NCBI GenBank assembly: GCA_964016885.1 | Contig: OZ024740.1 | Coordinates: 218,550,001 to 218,614,000, forward strand | Reading direction: 5' to 3' | DNA from: Eledone cirrhosa | Taxonomy: Eukaryota | DNA: 64,000 nt | In this document: positions 13,360-27,889 of the stretch, one piece after another | Layout of the letters: every line of letters starts with the position of its first letter | Numbering within the stretch: the first letter of the stretch is position 1 | The notes under the pieces: model-generated | The model's input: only the letters and a program-made list of their open reading frames with translations | Told to the model about the DNA's origin: nothing | Databases searched by the model: none | Program-made: the position numbers and the translations under genes

Positions 13360-13392
13360 CTTTTGAAAAGCAGAACTGCGAAACCGGTAAAG
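13360..13392 (+). ncRNA. Minimal hammerhead with U3-A8 variant core
   Basis: CTT-TTGAAAA-GCAGAACTGC-GAAA-CCGG-TA-AAG. Related folds at 4624-4659(+) and 2942-2980(-). Confidence 0.5.
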
Positions 13393-13528
13393 GAACTAAA
13401 TAAATATATATATTTTTTTTTTAAATAAGACTCCAGTTGCATTTTCGATTTCATCTTTTTTTCTTTATACTTTCACTCGGGTAGGACACCTCGGTTATTT
13501 TTCATTTTGTAAAAAAACCTCACTTTTT

Positions 13529-13605
<77 letters not shown>

Positions 13606-13606
<1 letters not shown>

Positions 13607-13791
13607 GTTATTCCGGGTTGAATCGGAGGTAACCACAGTAAGTAAGGTACTCAATACATAGCAGAGTATAACAGTTTTAATATAGAAGAGATTCTACAGG
13701 ACTAGAACTGTTTCATTCATTAGAAATCATCAGGAATCCCGATTCCTGATGATTTCTAATGAATGAAACAGTTCTAGTCCTGTAGAATCTC

Positions 13792-13795
<4 letters not shown>
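13606..13795 (-). mobile_element. Palindromic mini-element family B in (TA)n
   Basis: Perfect ~57-bp arms 13681-13797 plus tail ..TATTGAGTACCTTACTTACTGTGGTTACCTCCGATTCAACCCGG. Other copies at 5062-5285, 47235-47350, 52197-52560. Confidence 0.8.
13741..13789 (+). ncRNA. Type I hammerhead ribozyme (inverted copy at 13690-13738)
   Basis: GATTC-CTGATGA-TTTCTAATGAAT-GAA-ACAG..CTGT-A-GAATC; 4-bp stem III; GUA triplet. Confidence 0.7.
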
Positions 13796-13849
<54 letters not shown>

Positions 13850-14013
13850 ATGAATGAAAAAATGGCGTGCTGCGTTGTTGCGAATGTGAACATATGAATG
13901 AAAATAGACCGAGAAACAGGAATGTCCATCATCAGTAGTCTGCGAAGAAATACCGATGATAATCAGCAGACTACTGGTGATGGACATTCTTGTTTCTCGG
14001 TCTATTTTCATTC

Positions 14014-14057
<44 letters not shown>

Positions 14058-14806
14058 CTGTCTGTACGTACGTACATACATACATATGAAGTATTGAAGC
14101 TATGAGTGCTTTGAAATTTGAATATGTGGGAATGTCATACGCATATCCCTATGAATAATAGTTTAGAAAACCAGTTCCCTTATAGACGGGAAAAATTCCT
14201 TGAATAACGTACGAACGCATTAGCCATTACACTTAGGAAAAAAGTAGCCATCAGCGACTGAGAGATGCGGAGTTCGATCTATGGCTGTTACTGGGGTTTT
14301 TTTTTCCCTACGCTATTGTTTATAGCGATCGACTGTTGTTGCAGTCTACCCCTGGGGTGAGATGCTTATATGGTTTCTTTATTTTAAAAGACTTTACTGC
14401 GATCTACCCTTTGGTCAGTTCTGAGCCTTATTTGAGATAATTATAAATATATATATTTATTTATATATATATATATTAATAATATACGCACACACATATA
14501 TATTTTTTGTTTTAAAGATACACACTTGTCGTAGATTTAGCCAGCTTTACATGGGGCGGCGGCATCACATTGTAGGCCTCTTCAGTGTTAAAATAATAAG
14601 TGCCCCAGACCTATCACCATTTGTCCGGTGACAAGAGGCGAGATTTGAACTCAAAACGCACACAGCCAGAATATATGCCGTCCGAAAATCGGACGGAAAC
14701 AATTCGATGGAAAGGATAAAAGAGAAAGATAACTTCGTTAGTATTTTAATTCAGAACGCTCAAATCCTGGAAAATATTTAAAAACATCTTGTCCAACACT
14801 CTAAAA

Positions 14807-15143
14807 CAGGATTTCCCAACGGTGGGCGATTTCAAATGCTGGGTGGGCGATGAGCAACTGAACAGAAAATGGTGGGTGATTGGAAATTTTGGTGGATGAT
14901 ATAGGATTTTGAATATCAAAAATGTATTTCAACATATACTACCCCAAAAAAGTTTCAAAGGAGATATGCGAAGAACCTGTATAAAAACGAAACAAAACAG
15001 AACTCTAAATGGGAATAAGAAACCAGTAACAAACTTTTACGAAGCAGTTTTTATATCCTTTTGAATATTTACTATACAAGTGGATGATGGAAAATTTTCC
15101 ATGTGAAAGTGGGCTATGTCGCAAAAATGGTTGGCAACCCCTG
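14807..15143. mobile_element. hAT MITE
   Basis: CAGGATTTCCCAAC / GTTGGCAACCCCTG with 8-bp TSD CTCTAAAA/CTCTAACA. Confidence 0.75.
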
Positions 15144-15950
15144 CTCTAACAAATGCGTCAAGCCATTGACCCTGGACTGCTATTTGGGGCCGGATTAAAT
15201 CATTTTCATGTCCTGAGTACTTAAAAATTTAATCCCCTAACGATAAAAAAAAATTGTGGTGTGGTGAGGGGTTAATAACTATAGCAATTAATTTGAATAA
15301 AATGGTGACCCTCTTGGCACATTTTTCCTTAATGATTAATCCAGCCCTGCTTGTACTTCATTTATCGAACCAGAAAGGAAGAAAGGCAAAGATGACATCG
15401 GTGAGATTTGTACTCAGAGAACAGAGAACCGGAACAAATGTCACAAGGCATTTAATCGGATACTCTACCAACTCTACCAATTCACTGTCTTCTTACCGAG
15501 GCATGGTACACTGAACATTATTATTATAACAATAAACTATCAACTGGAACATGTTATTCTTAAAAATAAAAAACAAATGTCAAATGTTGAAATGTCATGT
15601 ATGTTGAAATGGCGGTGCATATATATATATATATGTGTGTATATGTATATATATATATATATGTGTGCGTGTGTGTGTGTGTCTAGGGAGGGTAAAATTC
15701 CCGATATATATATATATATATATATATATGCATACATATATATATACTGCTTGAAAATAGTACTCGAAATATAAAATATATATAGAAATAAGTGCATTGG
15801 GTGTAATGGCAGAACTATATCCCAGCACACTTTTACGGTGGTGGTGGCGCCAGTGGTGTATTGGTTCGTTTCACACAACATACATAACATACATTCATAG
15901 ATGCATACATACACATGTATACAAAACATATATACATCAATACGTATTTA

Positions 15951-16031
<81 letters not shown>

Positions 16032-16074
16032 AGTATTTCCGTAGAAAAGGTAAAGGAAAGAAGAGTGTTCTATG

Positions 16075-16258
16075 TATAGTACAGAGCTATTTAATTACAT
16101 AATAAACAACACAATATAATTATTCTATTACCAAAGGTTTCAGGAAACTAGACCATCCTTACATAAACATCCAGTACGGTCATCAATCTGATGAGCGTAC
16201 TGGATGTTTCCTAAAACCTTTGGTAATGGAATGATTATATTGTGTTGTTTATTATGTA

Positions 16259-16260
<2 letters not shown>
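16075..16260. mobile_element. Nested palindrome with hammerhead remnants
   Basis: Outer arms 16093-16148 and 16206-16260, inner hairpin 16165-16209. CTGATGA at 16188; GAAA-CCTTTGG-TA is intact on the minus arm. Confidence 0.65.
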
Positions 16261-16300
<40 letters not shown>

Positions 16301-17555
16301 AAACATAAATATACATACACACTTACATACATTTTTCCTGGGTCTGTGCGTTCTGTGTTTAAATCCCGTCTTCTGACACCGGAAAATAGGGACATGATAA
16401 GACTGTGGCTTTTACCACTAAAACACCCTTTATGGGATACAACTTCATAGGAGGCTAGCTAAACCTACGCAGGTATTGACCGTAACAATAACAACAACCA
16501 AGTCAGATTGTGACGGAAGCCTAGCATTTGCATAACCTTAGATGTGCGTAGGATTTGAACTTATACTTTTGTTCTTTTTAAACTATGTCTTGTGTTGCAC
16601 CTGAAAGCATTATCAGTCATGTCACTTCGTCTTTTTTTTAATCTTACAATGTCAGATACTTTCATCCAGGTGACCCAACCGGATTTGATCAAGCCCGGGC
16701 GTTTGTCCAGGTAGTACTACACTGTCTTTACGTCGCCTCTTTTGAGCCACAGCGACCTTGAAGCAAGTTCTGCTGACTAGGTGGTGAAACTTGATGGCCC
16801 TTCGCCTATTGGACCCTGAAAAATCGTAGGCTCTGCTGAGATACTGGCCTGTGAACCCTCTGCATCATAGCTCAGCGGTCTCACATCTAGCTTGCCAGTT
16901 GTTATTCCGCCATATTTCCGTCAGTTTTATACATTTCGCACTCTTCTTCGTGTTGATCGCCTCAATGTGATCCTCCCAAGGAAAGGAATGTTCCAACAGA
17001 ACTCCCTACTCGGAAGCCTCAGAAATGAACTCTATGCCTCGTCATAGCTATGTTGTAGTGATAGTTTCCGGCAATCCACTAAAATGGTTTTCTGATTTTA
17101 TTGTTAATCATCATCAGTTCTAAGCTTCCTTGATATCACCAACAAATAAATCTACGAGTGTTTTTACATTATTTATAAAGAACACTGAAGGTCATTTCTA
17201 TAATTTAAAAATAAGAGAGTATCCAAGTCAGATCCTTGAGGGGACAACATGATAAATACAGCTGTATTTTTCAAGCTCAGAAGCTGATACTAATAACAGT
17301 TGTTTCCTACTAGAAACAAACAACTTCCAAAACCAAATACATGAGTATTTAATATTTGATTAGATGTTATTAGATATCTTTGTCTGTAGTATCAAATGTC
17401 AGTATCTATGTCAATGTCTAGGCCGTGGAGCAGCTCCGTTATTGTCAAGAGATTTTCCGATATTTTCATTGATATAAATAAACAATCAACGAATCTTCCA
17501 CCACCTCTAAAGAAATTATGAACAATAGAAGGAATCATAAATTGGTATTGCAGTG

Positions 17556-18680
17556 AAATGGCAGAGCCCTTAGAGTGTCGGATAGAATACGAATACCTTG
17601 TGTTATTTGTTCTGGCAGTGAATTAGCAGAATCGTGAGAGCGTCGGACAAATACTTTGCGATATTGGTTCCGCTTTGATGATATGTTCTGAGTTCAAATC
17701 CTGTCGGGGTCAACTTTACATTTCAACCCTCCGAGGTCGATAAAATAGAATACCAGACATGTACTGGTGTTGATATAATCGACTGTTCTCTCCTCTAAAA
17801 TGTATGTCTTTCTGTTTATAGTAAAAATTATATTTTGAAGAAAGTTATATTACTTCAAATTAGCGATAGCACTGATTATTATATATTACATGTTTTATAT
17901 ATTTTACATACTTCAATGGATCAATATATAAGCTAATATAACAGTTTATATATTCTATCAAATTAACGTGCTTAATAATTTGTTTATGGTTTTAATACTT
18001 TTCATTTAATTTTTTTTTTTTTGTACAATCTATTTTCTAATCAATAAATAATTGTTTCTACTTTAGGCACAAGACCAGCAATTACTCAGTACATTACAGG
18101 TACTTTATTTTTATCGACCCGTAAGGATGAAAGGCAAAATTAACCTCGGCGGGATTTGAATTCAGACTGTAAAGGGACGTAACTATGCTAAAAAGCATGG
18201 CGTCCAACCCTCTACCGATCTTTATTAATGTTGATTGGTAGATAAATGTATTTCATTGTCGTTACAGTTCGCCAGCACTCGCTTACTGCTCATATATTCT
18301 TATAGATTTCGTAAACAAATTATTCTTAGTAAATACTATTTTTTAAATTCCGAAACATGTGTGATTCCGAATCATGTCTGGGCGTAAATAAGCGAGTGCT
18401 GACGATCTGTAACGACGGTGAAATACAGTCACTGCTCTTACACCGATGCTCAGATCGCTGTGGTGGATTGGCAGAATCGTTAGAGTGTCGGACAAAAATA
18501 TTTTCGTAGTATTTGGTCATGGCCCTTTACGTTCTGAGTTCAAACCCCGACATGGTCAACTTCCCCTTTCATCCTGCCGACATCGACAGGATGAAATAAA
18601 GTACCAGTCCAGAATTGAAATCGATATAATCGACTTCCCATCCCCACAAAAACTTTTGGTCTTTATACCAAAATACATCA
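17556..18680. mobile_element. Cluster of SINE copies (17556-17825 +, 18050-18220 -, 18460-18680 +)
   Basis: A/B boxes and the same core. Confidence 0.75.
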
Positions 18681-18832
18681 AGACAAACAGATCCCATAAT
18701 ATTCAAAAGTTCCGTGGACAAATTCCTCCAAGAAATCCCGGACAAACCCCCTACACCCGGTTATATTTACGAAAACAACAATTCTTTTTTTAGAGTGGGC
18801 CACGGTGTCCAAAATAGAACTAAGCTGCAAAC

Positions 18833-19034
18833 CGGGCATGCCAAACATGTGACCCCCGGGCCGCATGCCACCTTTTACAAGCACACCTGCGGCCCGCACA
18901 AAGGTTTTTTACAGTGCGAGCATGTTTTATCTTCGTAATATAAAATTTAAAGAAATTAGTTGTCGTGTGTGGCCCTCAGACAACACATGTGTGACCTATA
19001 TGTCCCTCTGAACACCCTCAGTTTGACATGCCTG
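18833..19034. mobile_element. hAT-Charlie MITE
   Basis: CGGGCATGCCAAAC / GTTTGACATGCCTG with TSD CTGCAAAC/CTGTAAAC. Confidence 0.8.
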
Positions 19035-19135
19035 CTGTAAACCAATAACCTGAAAGCTTTCACCATGTAGCGCTATTAAATTAGACATGGCCTGGGTTAA
19101 TAGTGGCCAAAACCTGTCAAAGCCCTCACAGTTGC

Positions 19136-19180
<45 letters not shown>

Positions 19181-19309
19181 ACCATGGTCTACTGATCGGA
19201 ATGACTGGATCACAAACCCAGCTACCAATTAGTTAAACTACACAACGTAAAGATTATATATACATAGATATAGATATTTAAGATATATATAAGATCTGTA
19301 TACACACAC

Positions 19310-19348
<39 letters not shown>

Positions 19349-19840
19349 ATAACCACATTATATTAATTTTTAAAAAAAGTCATATCAAAGCTATTTATTG
19401 CTTTTAAATTGAATTTAACTAACAGAATATGCCATTAATCTGACCAGCTAAGTCATTAATTATGTTTTCTGAATTTTATAACCATACTTTATCAAAAATA
19501 ACATAAATAATTTAGTAACTTAAACTGAAATATCAAACGACTTATAATAACTAACTAACTGTTTATATGAATATCAAAAAGATTTCAGAATTATTTTTGA
19601 AACATTATTTTAAAATACCATTCTAGCCACCACAGACTTGGCTGTGTGGTTAAGGAGTTCGGTTCGCAACCAAATGGTTCTGGGTTCTGTCCCCGTTTCG
19701 TGGCACCTTGGGCAAGTGTTTTTTTACTATAGTACTATAGACTCGTGTTAACCAATATGAGTGGAATTTAGTAGACGGAAACTACAGAATCCCGTCGTAT
19801 GTATGTGTATGTGTTTACATGTAAAGTATATATTTATATA

Positions 19841-20055
19841 TAAATTAGAAATAGAAGCTTTCGCCGTATTTTTTACTAAAGAAATGTTAGCCTGATATTG
19901 GGGTTTAGAGCCCTCTAAGAAATGGAAAAAGATGAGTATTGACATACATGTACGTCAATACTCGTCTTTTAACATTTCATAGAAGGTTGTAAACCCCATT
20001 ACCAGGCTAAAATTTCTTTAGTCAAAAATACGCTGATAGCTTCTATTTCTAATTT
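19841..20055. repeat. Degenerate palindrome, ~105-bp arms
   Basis: AAATTAGAAATAGAAGCT.. / ..AGCTTCTATTTCTAATTT centred near 19948. Confidence 0.75.
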
Positions 20056-20568
20056 CAAACTCGGTCGCTATTTCAAAACAAACTTACTTGCCACACACAC
20101 ACACACACACACACACTAAATCCAACCTTGCACATATCTTCACATAATATATGTACACACAGCCGTATTCTAATTAACTATTTTTATTGCCATTTTCTAC
20201 CGCAGCAAACCTGTACCGTCACCATTTGAACAGCCATTAGTAATAGTAATGGCAGCAGTAGTAACTGAAAAAATAATAACAGCACTGTCAGGAATCGAAC
20301 TCACGAGTGTGAATCGAATATATTAACTTTACTTTAAGTGAACATAGATCACTATTTAAATAACTATTTAACCCTGCAGTTAATTCTACAAAATATCGTA
20401 TCATATCAAAGCTAATTTATATCTCTGAAATCCGATTCTTTGATCAGTCCATTAAAAATAAATATATTGGAATTTCACTAAGTTAAAGCAGTAATTAAGA
20501 AAAATATGTGGTGTCTCTTGCTCGGAATGTTTAATGTTAAAACCTCAACCAGAATAAACTCACACGAA

Positions 20569-20611
<43 letters not shown>

Positions 20612-20941
20612 AAATTTATTTTATGTTTACCTTCTTTCCAGTAATTTTACATATATTCACAGTCCCTCTATTAGTAGGTGACAGACTGGCATAATCGTTA
20701 AAGCTTAAAACGAAATTCCTGGTGGTATTTGTTCAGGCTCTCTGAGTTGAAATCCCAGTGTGGTCAACCCTGTCTGTCAGCATTCCTTGTTAAATAAAAT
20801 AACCATAGCAGAGAACGGCAGAACAGGGGGTTTTTTTCGTTGAAATTTAGTTGGATAATATCAACTAGGTGGTCACACTTACAAGAATGTGTATATATGG
20901 TCTCTATATTTTGATTGACATATATGTTTGTATGTCTATAC

Positions 20942-21036
<95 letters not shown>

Positions 21037-21171
21037 AAGATTGGAAATAACACGTAAAATATATTTAAGGGTCTGTTTTTCTTTTTTTTCCTTTCTTTGA
21101 TACATCAAAGTGACATTATTGAAAAAAAAAATGAGAGGGACATTCTTTTAAAGAAAGAGTTTTATAATGTA

Positions 21172-22625
21172 CTAGCAGTAAAGCCCGGCGTTGCTCGGGG
21201 TCGCTCAGTAGCTGTGTTAAAGTTACAATGTTAAGTTTCTTTTTTGGCTTAAAAACTGTAGTGTCTACTGTGCAGACTTGCATGTGGTGTTTTTGATTAA
21301 TATTCCCTCAACCAACAATATGCCTTATGAAGTTAAGAAAACATAACGATAACCCGAATGTTATAACAAAAGAGGATGCTGGGGATAGAAACTGCACTGG
21401 TTATTTATTAACAAAGATCGAAAATGTAAACACTGCAACGCAGAGAAAAACATTAGCGTAACCAAATTATCAGTTATGTCTGTCTGCACGCCTATATCAC
21501 CTCTCTGCACGACTATCTGTCTGCACGCCTATATCACCTCTCTGCACGACTATCTGTCTGCACGCCTATATCACCTCTCTGCACGACTATCTGTCTGCAC
21601 GCGTATATCACCTCTCTGCACGACTGTCTGTCTGCACGCCTAACGACGAAATATTTGCTTGTTTTACGTAGTCTTTAAATAGACTTGTTTTCAAGTAAAA
21701 ATATTGTTTTAAAATGCTTTTAAATGGAAATGAAGCAAAACGGAAGCTTAGTGTTCGAACTGATGAATTTTGCAGGTCAATATTTTGCTGGCTCGACAAC
21801 TGTTAAAGCCAGCGTAATTTTTTACGTAAGACGCTCAATGTAAACAGAACAAAGGGAAATAACTGATCACTTACGCTCAAAAATCGATACATTATATTCG
21901 ATTTCGTCACATAGGGTGGGTCAATTTGAAATATTTTTTTTCCGATGTCTTCGCTAGGGCTCAATGTACAAGTATAGCAATTTCGGTGCAATTCCGTGAG
22001 AGATTCTAAGAGGAGATGTGTGCCAAAAATCGATAGACAGACAGACAACCACAGTTTTATATATATAGATAGATGTCTGTCTGCACGCCTATATCACCTC
22101 TCTGCACGACTGTCTGTCTGCACGACTATCTGTCTGCACGCGTATATCACCTCTCTGCACGACTGTCTGTCTGCACGACTGTCTGTCTGCACGCCTAACG
22201 ACGAAATATTTGCTTGTTTTACGTAGTCTTTAAATAGACTTGTTTTCAAGTAAAAATATTGTTTTAAAATGCTTTTAAATGGAAATGAAGCAAAACGGAA
22301 GCTTAGTGTTCGAACTGATGAATTTTGCAGGTCAATATTTTGCTGGCTCGACAACTGTTAAAGCCAGCGTAATTTTTTACGTAAGACGCTCAATGTAAAC
22401 AGAACAAAGGGAAATAACTGATCACTTACGCTCAAAAATCGATACATTATATTCGATTTCGTCACATAGGGTGGGTCAATTTGAAATTTTTTTTTTCCGA
22501 TGTCTTCGCTAGGGCTCAATGTACAAGTATAGCAATTTCGGTGCAATTCTGTGAGAGATTCTAAGAGGAGATGTGTGCCAAAAATCGATAGACAGACAGA
22601 CAACCACAGTTTTATATATATATAT
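21172..22625 (-). mobile_element. Non-autonomous Helitron (Lep1-like) with 555-bp tandem duplication of its 5' part
   Basis: Minus strand: 5' TCTATATATATAAAA, (TGTC)n, 3' hairpin CCCGAGCAACGCCGGG, CTAG end. Internal 37-bp minisatellite. Duplicated ORFs are offset by 555 bp. Confidence 0.75.
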
Positions 22626-22862
22626 ATCGATATAAAGTATTACCGGTTTCCATGTATTAGTAAAATTCATCTTATCAAATGTTGAATATTACAATTAAAA
22701 AGAATTAATAAGAATTTAAAACTAAAACATAAAGATTTAAAATTAAGTGTTGGGGTAAGTTTTTTTTTCATCATCCGAAGAGGGCTCGATAAAGATTATA
22801 TATATATATAAGATCCGTTAAGGGTGAAAGCAGCGATTCTTTGCTTAAACTTTAATCTGTTC

Positions 22863-22914
<52 letters not shown>

Positions 22915-22915
<1 letters not shown>

Positions 22916-23078
22916 CGGAAGAAATGTGGTAAGGAACCAGGTGGACCATAACGCACCAAAGTACTCAATGCTTAGGGTAGTAGAGTGGGTAATAGGAACG
23001 AGTAGGACCCCGACGGCTGAGTCCAGAATTAGCCTTCGAAACGGCTTGAGCTCAGCCGTCGGGGTCCTACTCGTTCCT
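22915..23078 (-). mobile_element. Family A copy
   Basis: Tail plus inverted ends ATAGGAACGAGTAGGACCCCGACGGCTGAG; (TA)n on both sides. Confidence 0.78.
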
Positions 23079-23347
23079 ATATATATATATATATATAAAG
23101 TCTGTCTTAAGCCAGAAGGCTCGTTAGGCCGGTGCTTATCCCGGTTTCATGGCATGAAGCGACTGAGAGTACAAGAATTCTCCCTGGACAGGACGCCAGT
23201 CCATCGCAGGTTTAAAACTATTGTTTGTACGCATTTTCAGGTGCGTATACTGGAGCAGCGGGAAATGAAGTGTTTTGCTCAAAAACACAATACGCAACTC
23301 AGCCTAGGAATGGAACCCACGACATTATGATCGTATGTCTAACACCC

Positions 23348-23400
<53 letters not shown>

Positions 23401-23443
23401 TGTATGTATGTATGTATGTATGTATGTATGTATATATTTATAT

Positions 23444-24023
23444 ACTAACCAAATTACCCGCGCCTTGCTGTGCTTCACACAATTATTTTGTAAGAAAATG
23501 ATGATTGATTTTAAATCAGTGATATAAATATTGGAGAAAAAATAAAGGGAAAATGTTAAAAAAGTAGAGGCATTAACTAATAATTTTTGTTGTCATAATT
23601 CTAGTGATGTTTTGCCATAGATAAAATGTCTAAATGTTTTGCCATAGATAAAATGTCTAAATTAGCCAAATTTTACTATAAAAGTGAGGTGCTTTTTTTT
23701 GTTGATTTACGTTTAATTAATAGAAAAACCCCGTGATAATAGAGGTTCCAATACTCAAGTTATGAACTTCCAAAATTGAAATTTTGTGAATAGGCATCAT
23801 ATCTTGTCCTTTACTTATGGTTTAAATTTCATATAAATCGAAGGGAACAAATTTTCAGCGGGGGTTTGTGCCCCCTGGGAACCCTTTGATTAAAATGAAA
23901 TATACTTATCCAAGTACTCTGGGCAATGTAGTTTCAGAATATATATGGTTATGGGGGTCTATCTCCAAAACCATAGGAGGAGTTCGGGAACAAACAAACA
24001 GGCAGCAACTGCAACTTTATATA
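23444..24023 (-). mobile_element. Degenerate non-autonomous Helitron
   Basis: ACTAAC..ACCCGCGCCTTGCTGTG at the left; (AAAC)n..CTTTATATAT at the right. Confidence 0.5.
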
Positions 24024-25018
24024 TCTTGGTTGTCCATCGTAAACGATGATGACATTTTTATTGTTATTCCCGTCTGTCGTGGGCACGAAGGTGGCTGTAG
24101 AGGCCGATCCTTGACTTGCAGGTCCGGGGACAGTGGGGGCAGGGGAAGAGACCGGAGTCAGACTGGCAACTCCCAGAGGTTTCCTCCACCTGTTACCTCC
24201 ACCTCTTGCCCATCGCCGCAGAGCTTTGGGAGAGCACGCTAAAGAAGAAACCTGTGCGGGAAAGGTTTATAGTGGGAGGGCCAGTGCAAAGTGACGGTCC
24301 CACTCACTCGGCCGCAGAAACCAGAATCCGGTGGTACGGAGGACCGTCACCACCAGGGACTTCCTTGGCTGCAGTGGATGGACACGACGTCTGTAGTGCC
24401 TTGCCGTGTCCTAGCGCTCCACACCGCTTGCTGTCGCCGCCTTTGTGACCGTTGGGACGATGTTGTCCTCCTCCACTCACTCCGCCGGGTCTAGTCTTCG
24501 CATGTAGGGGCGCAGGCATCCTCTATCTAACTCACCGGGAGGGGGGGGGGTCAGACCCGTCCGGCTACCCTCAACGAGGTTCGGCCGGCCAGCCAAGGCG
24601 GTTTACCGAAATGTGGCCGCTGTCGCATGCTACAGCTTATTGGGGCCACAGGTGAGAGCTGAGTGTCAGGTGGGACCCAATGCAGGACGAGCTGTCCTGA
24701 AAAGGGCATGGCTAGCCATCCCTACAGAGGTACATGCCTCTCCTTGACATCCCAGGCATATACACACGTATATACATACACATACATATGTACATGTGTA
24801 TATACATATTTACACATTTTTGGATGGCCGTTGACTCTTATGAGTTCTTCCGCCCTTTGTCAGGTTTTGTTTTTTGTCCTGAAGGGTGTCCAAAATCACC
24901 CTCCTCACCAAGTAAACTTGGTGGGGTTGCGAGTTTAGTCGCCGACGACGACCCGTCCATGCGACAGGTTGTACTGGTTTACATGTTACCAGTAGCACTC
25001 AAGAGTGACCTGACAATA
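24024..25018 (-). mobile_element. GC-rich interspersed repeat, probably a non-autonomous RTE-like element or LINE 5' UTR
   Basis: Sharp GC-rich island without a conserved ORF; resemblance to RTE-type UTRs is by eye only. Confidence 0.4.
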
Positions 25019-25049
25019 ACTTTATATATATATATCAAATGTATATATT

Positions 25050-25371
25050 GAGTTAGAAACTCAAAATAGTCTCTTACAATTAAATAGCTCAAGGAAAAAG
25101 ATTTTTCCGAGCCGTGTAATATAATTGAATATAAAAGAGAGATAAACACAGACATATATATATGTGTCCAAATATCGGTTTGTATTTTTTTTCTTGATTT
25201 ATTATTTTAAATTGAGTCTGGCAAACCCTATTGTTCGTAGTTAGTATTTTTTTCACCCTAGCGAATCTGGTCCCTTACGATTTGAACAGGTATATGTATA
25301 TATCTGTATTTATCCCTCTTTTATATTCAATTATATATATATAATTGAATATAAAAGAGGGATAAATACAG

Positions 25372-25372
<1 letters not shown>
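25050..25372. mobile_element. Rearranged copy of the 63.4-64.0 kb family
   Basis: 25176-25335 matches 63413 onward; 25058-25152 is the reverse complement of 63903-63997; terminal hairpin. Confidence 0.75.
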
Positions 25373-25431
<59 letters not shown>

Positions 25432-25526
25432 GTATATGTATATGTGTGTGTATATATGTATATATGTATATGTGTGTATATATGTATAGGTGTGTATATG
25501 TGTGTGTATATATGTATATGTGTGTG

Positions 25527-25658
<132 letters not shown>

Positions 25659-25677
25659 TATATATATATATACACAC

Positions 25678-25708
<31 letters not shown>

Positions 25709-26587
25709 TATATATATATATATACACATATATATATATATACACACACATATATATATACACATATATATATACACATATATATATACACATATATATA
25801 TACACATATATATACATATATATATATATACACACATATATACATATATATATATATATATATACACATATATACACACACATATATATATATGCTATAG
25901 GCTAAACTTCTGAAATGCCATACATAATTCTATTAATTTTCTCTAATTTTGTCATTTCCTAATTAGCTATGCTGGTGGTGGTTTTGTGAAGCCAAGCTTC
26001 TTAAGATAGGTTCTGAGACAGTCAGCTACATAACCAACTGTCCCAATTATTACAAGTATAAATTTAAAGCTATAGTCAGGGTTTAGTATCTGCATAATTC
26101 TTACTTGTTTATCATAAATGTTTGCTTTGACAACATATTAACGACTGCTGGACAGCTGATTTCTCCTACTGTGCACACTACTATCACTATGCCAAATAAT
26201 TATGTCTGGACTGCTGTACCTTCATGTTAGAAGAATATTCCACCAGTATAATTTCATACTATATGAAAGCATACCTTCTACATTACTGTAACTTCTTATA
26301 TTTCCATCTTCAGAACTATCCCTTCTATGGGGTGCATTTTGCTAATTACATCAGACCTCAGATACAAATAGTATTGTGTTGACAATTTTGGGCAGCTGCT
26401 TAAGATGTAGGTCGCATCTTTGACATTACCTCTACAAATTCTTCATGTATTGTCACGTCTATGTTTCACCTGCATTTCCATCTCTATTATTCATTAGATA
26501 TGTTGTTGATATTTCCTGTTCCTGGATTGCAATAGACACATAGTCATCGTTAACCCTCTGTTGATAAACAGAAAGATTTATATTTAA

Positions 26588-27180
26588 CTAGCTGAGGTAC
26601 CCGGCTTCGCTCGGGAGAACAGAGAAAACGACAGTATTGGATGTATTGTCGGGTATGAGGTGAGACCATAATGTGTGTTGGGGAGTGGGGTGAGAAAGAG
26701 ACATAAAAAACAATAATAAAACTTCCTTATTAGGCAGGGGGAGTAAACTGCCGATTAAATGGTAGCATTGGCCTTGGATTTTAAATGTGAAATAACCATA
26801 GTCAGTATGATCTTCTTCAGCTCCAAAGACGTCATCTGAAACACAGCAATATACCGCATAACATTGCTTCTGAAGTGTTTAGCTTCGTTAGTACGGTCTG
26901 TAAGTAGTATATGGATAAAAGCTGGAGGGTAGATTAATATCAAATAGTATCAATTTTTCTTTGTTCTGTAAAATCAAAGACTGTAAAACGACTTTATAAA
27001 AGCTAACACAATATTGTTAAACCTTCCTATAGATCAAAGGATCTATACTATAGATAAACTATAGATTCTATAGTTTAAGCCGTTTCTAGAATTTCGTAGG
27101 ACGTTACTCTCTCTCTCTGAATATCTAACACTTTAATTGTATCTCTCTCTGTATAACGGTCTATCTCTCTCTTTCTGCCC

Positions 27181-27260
<80 letters not shown>

Positions 27261-27381
27261 AGATGTGTATGTATTTGTGTATTGTGTGTGTGTGTGTGTG
27301 TGTGTGTGTAGCTTTCGTGTGTTTCAACCAACCAGCCAGCCAACCAACCAATAAACATCTTTCTTTTATATTTTATATAGA
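26588..27381 (-). mobile_element. Non-autonomous Helitron
   Basis: A-CTAG..CCCGGCTTCGCTCGGG hairpin at the left; (AACC)n..TTTTATATAGA-T at the right. Confidence 0.7.
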
Positions 27382-27889
27382 TAAAGATAATATGTTGCCA
27401 TTAGGCTGTGCAAATATTTTCTCCCTAAATTGTTAATTACTGTTAATACCAACTTAATGGCTCTCTTATCAATATTAGTGAAGTGTATTCTGTCTTGTAG
27501 TAGGAGTTTTTAAAACGAAATAATCTTTCCATGAAATATTTTACTTAGAAAACATTTCAACTGATTAGATGGACAGGTCGTCACATATTAAGTCAGTACA
27601 TTGTCGGAGCCACTGATCTCTGAGAGGGGATGGAACCCCATCGCGCTTACATATATTCCTTCGCTCAACCAGCTACTTGTATATGTATGAATGCTGATAT
27701 GGCCAATGTTAACTAGATGTGGAAGTTCAACCTTGATGTGAAGTAACATAGTGATAGACAGAGACTGGGCTGTTGTTACACCTGCTGTCTTACTTGGGGT
27801 ATTTGTATTCTAGGAATCTGGTTCGCTACTGTTATATGAAGACTGTTCCTAGTCTGGAGAATTATAGTACAACTCCCTCCCTTATGCTT

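Noticed and set aside
16600-17550. Host exons (also 25950-26570, 27400-27800, 43100-43500)
   Set aside because: Only faint minus-strand RT-like remnants (for example a VPQGS-like motif near 17235); too decayed to annotate
24530-24730. HDV-like ribozyme in the GC-rich element
   Set aside because: Could not assign the nested double pseudoknot by eye
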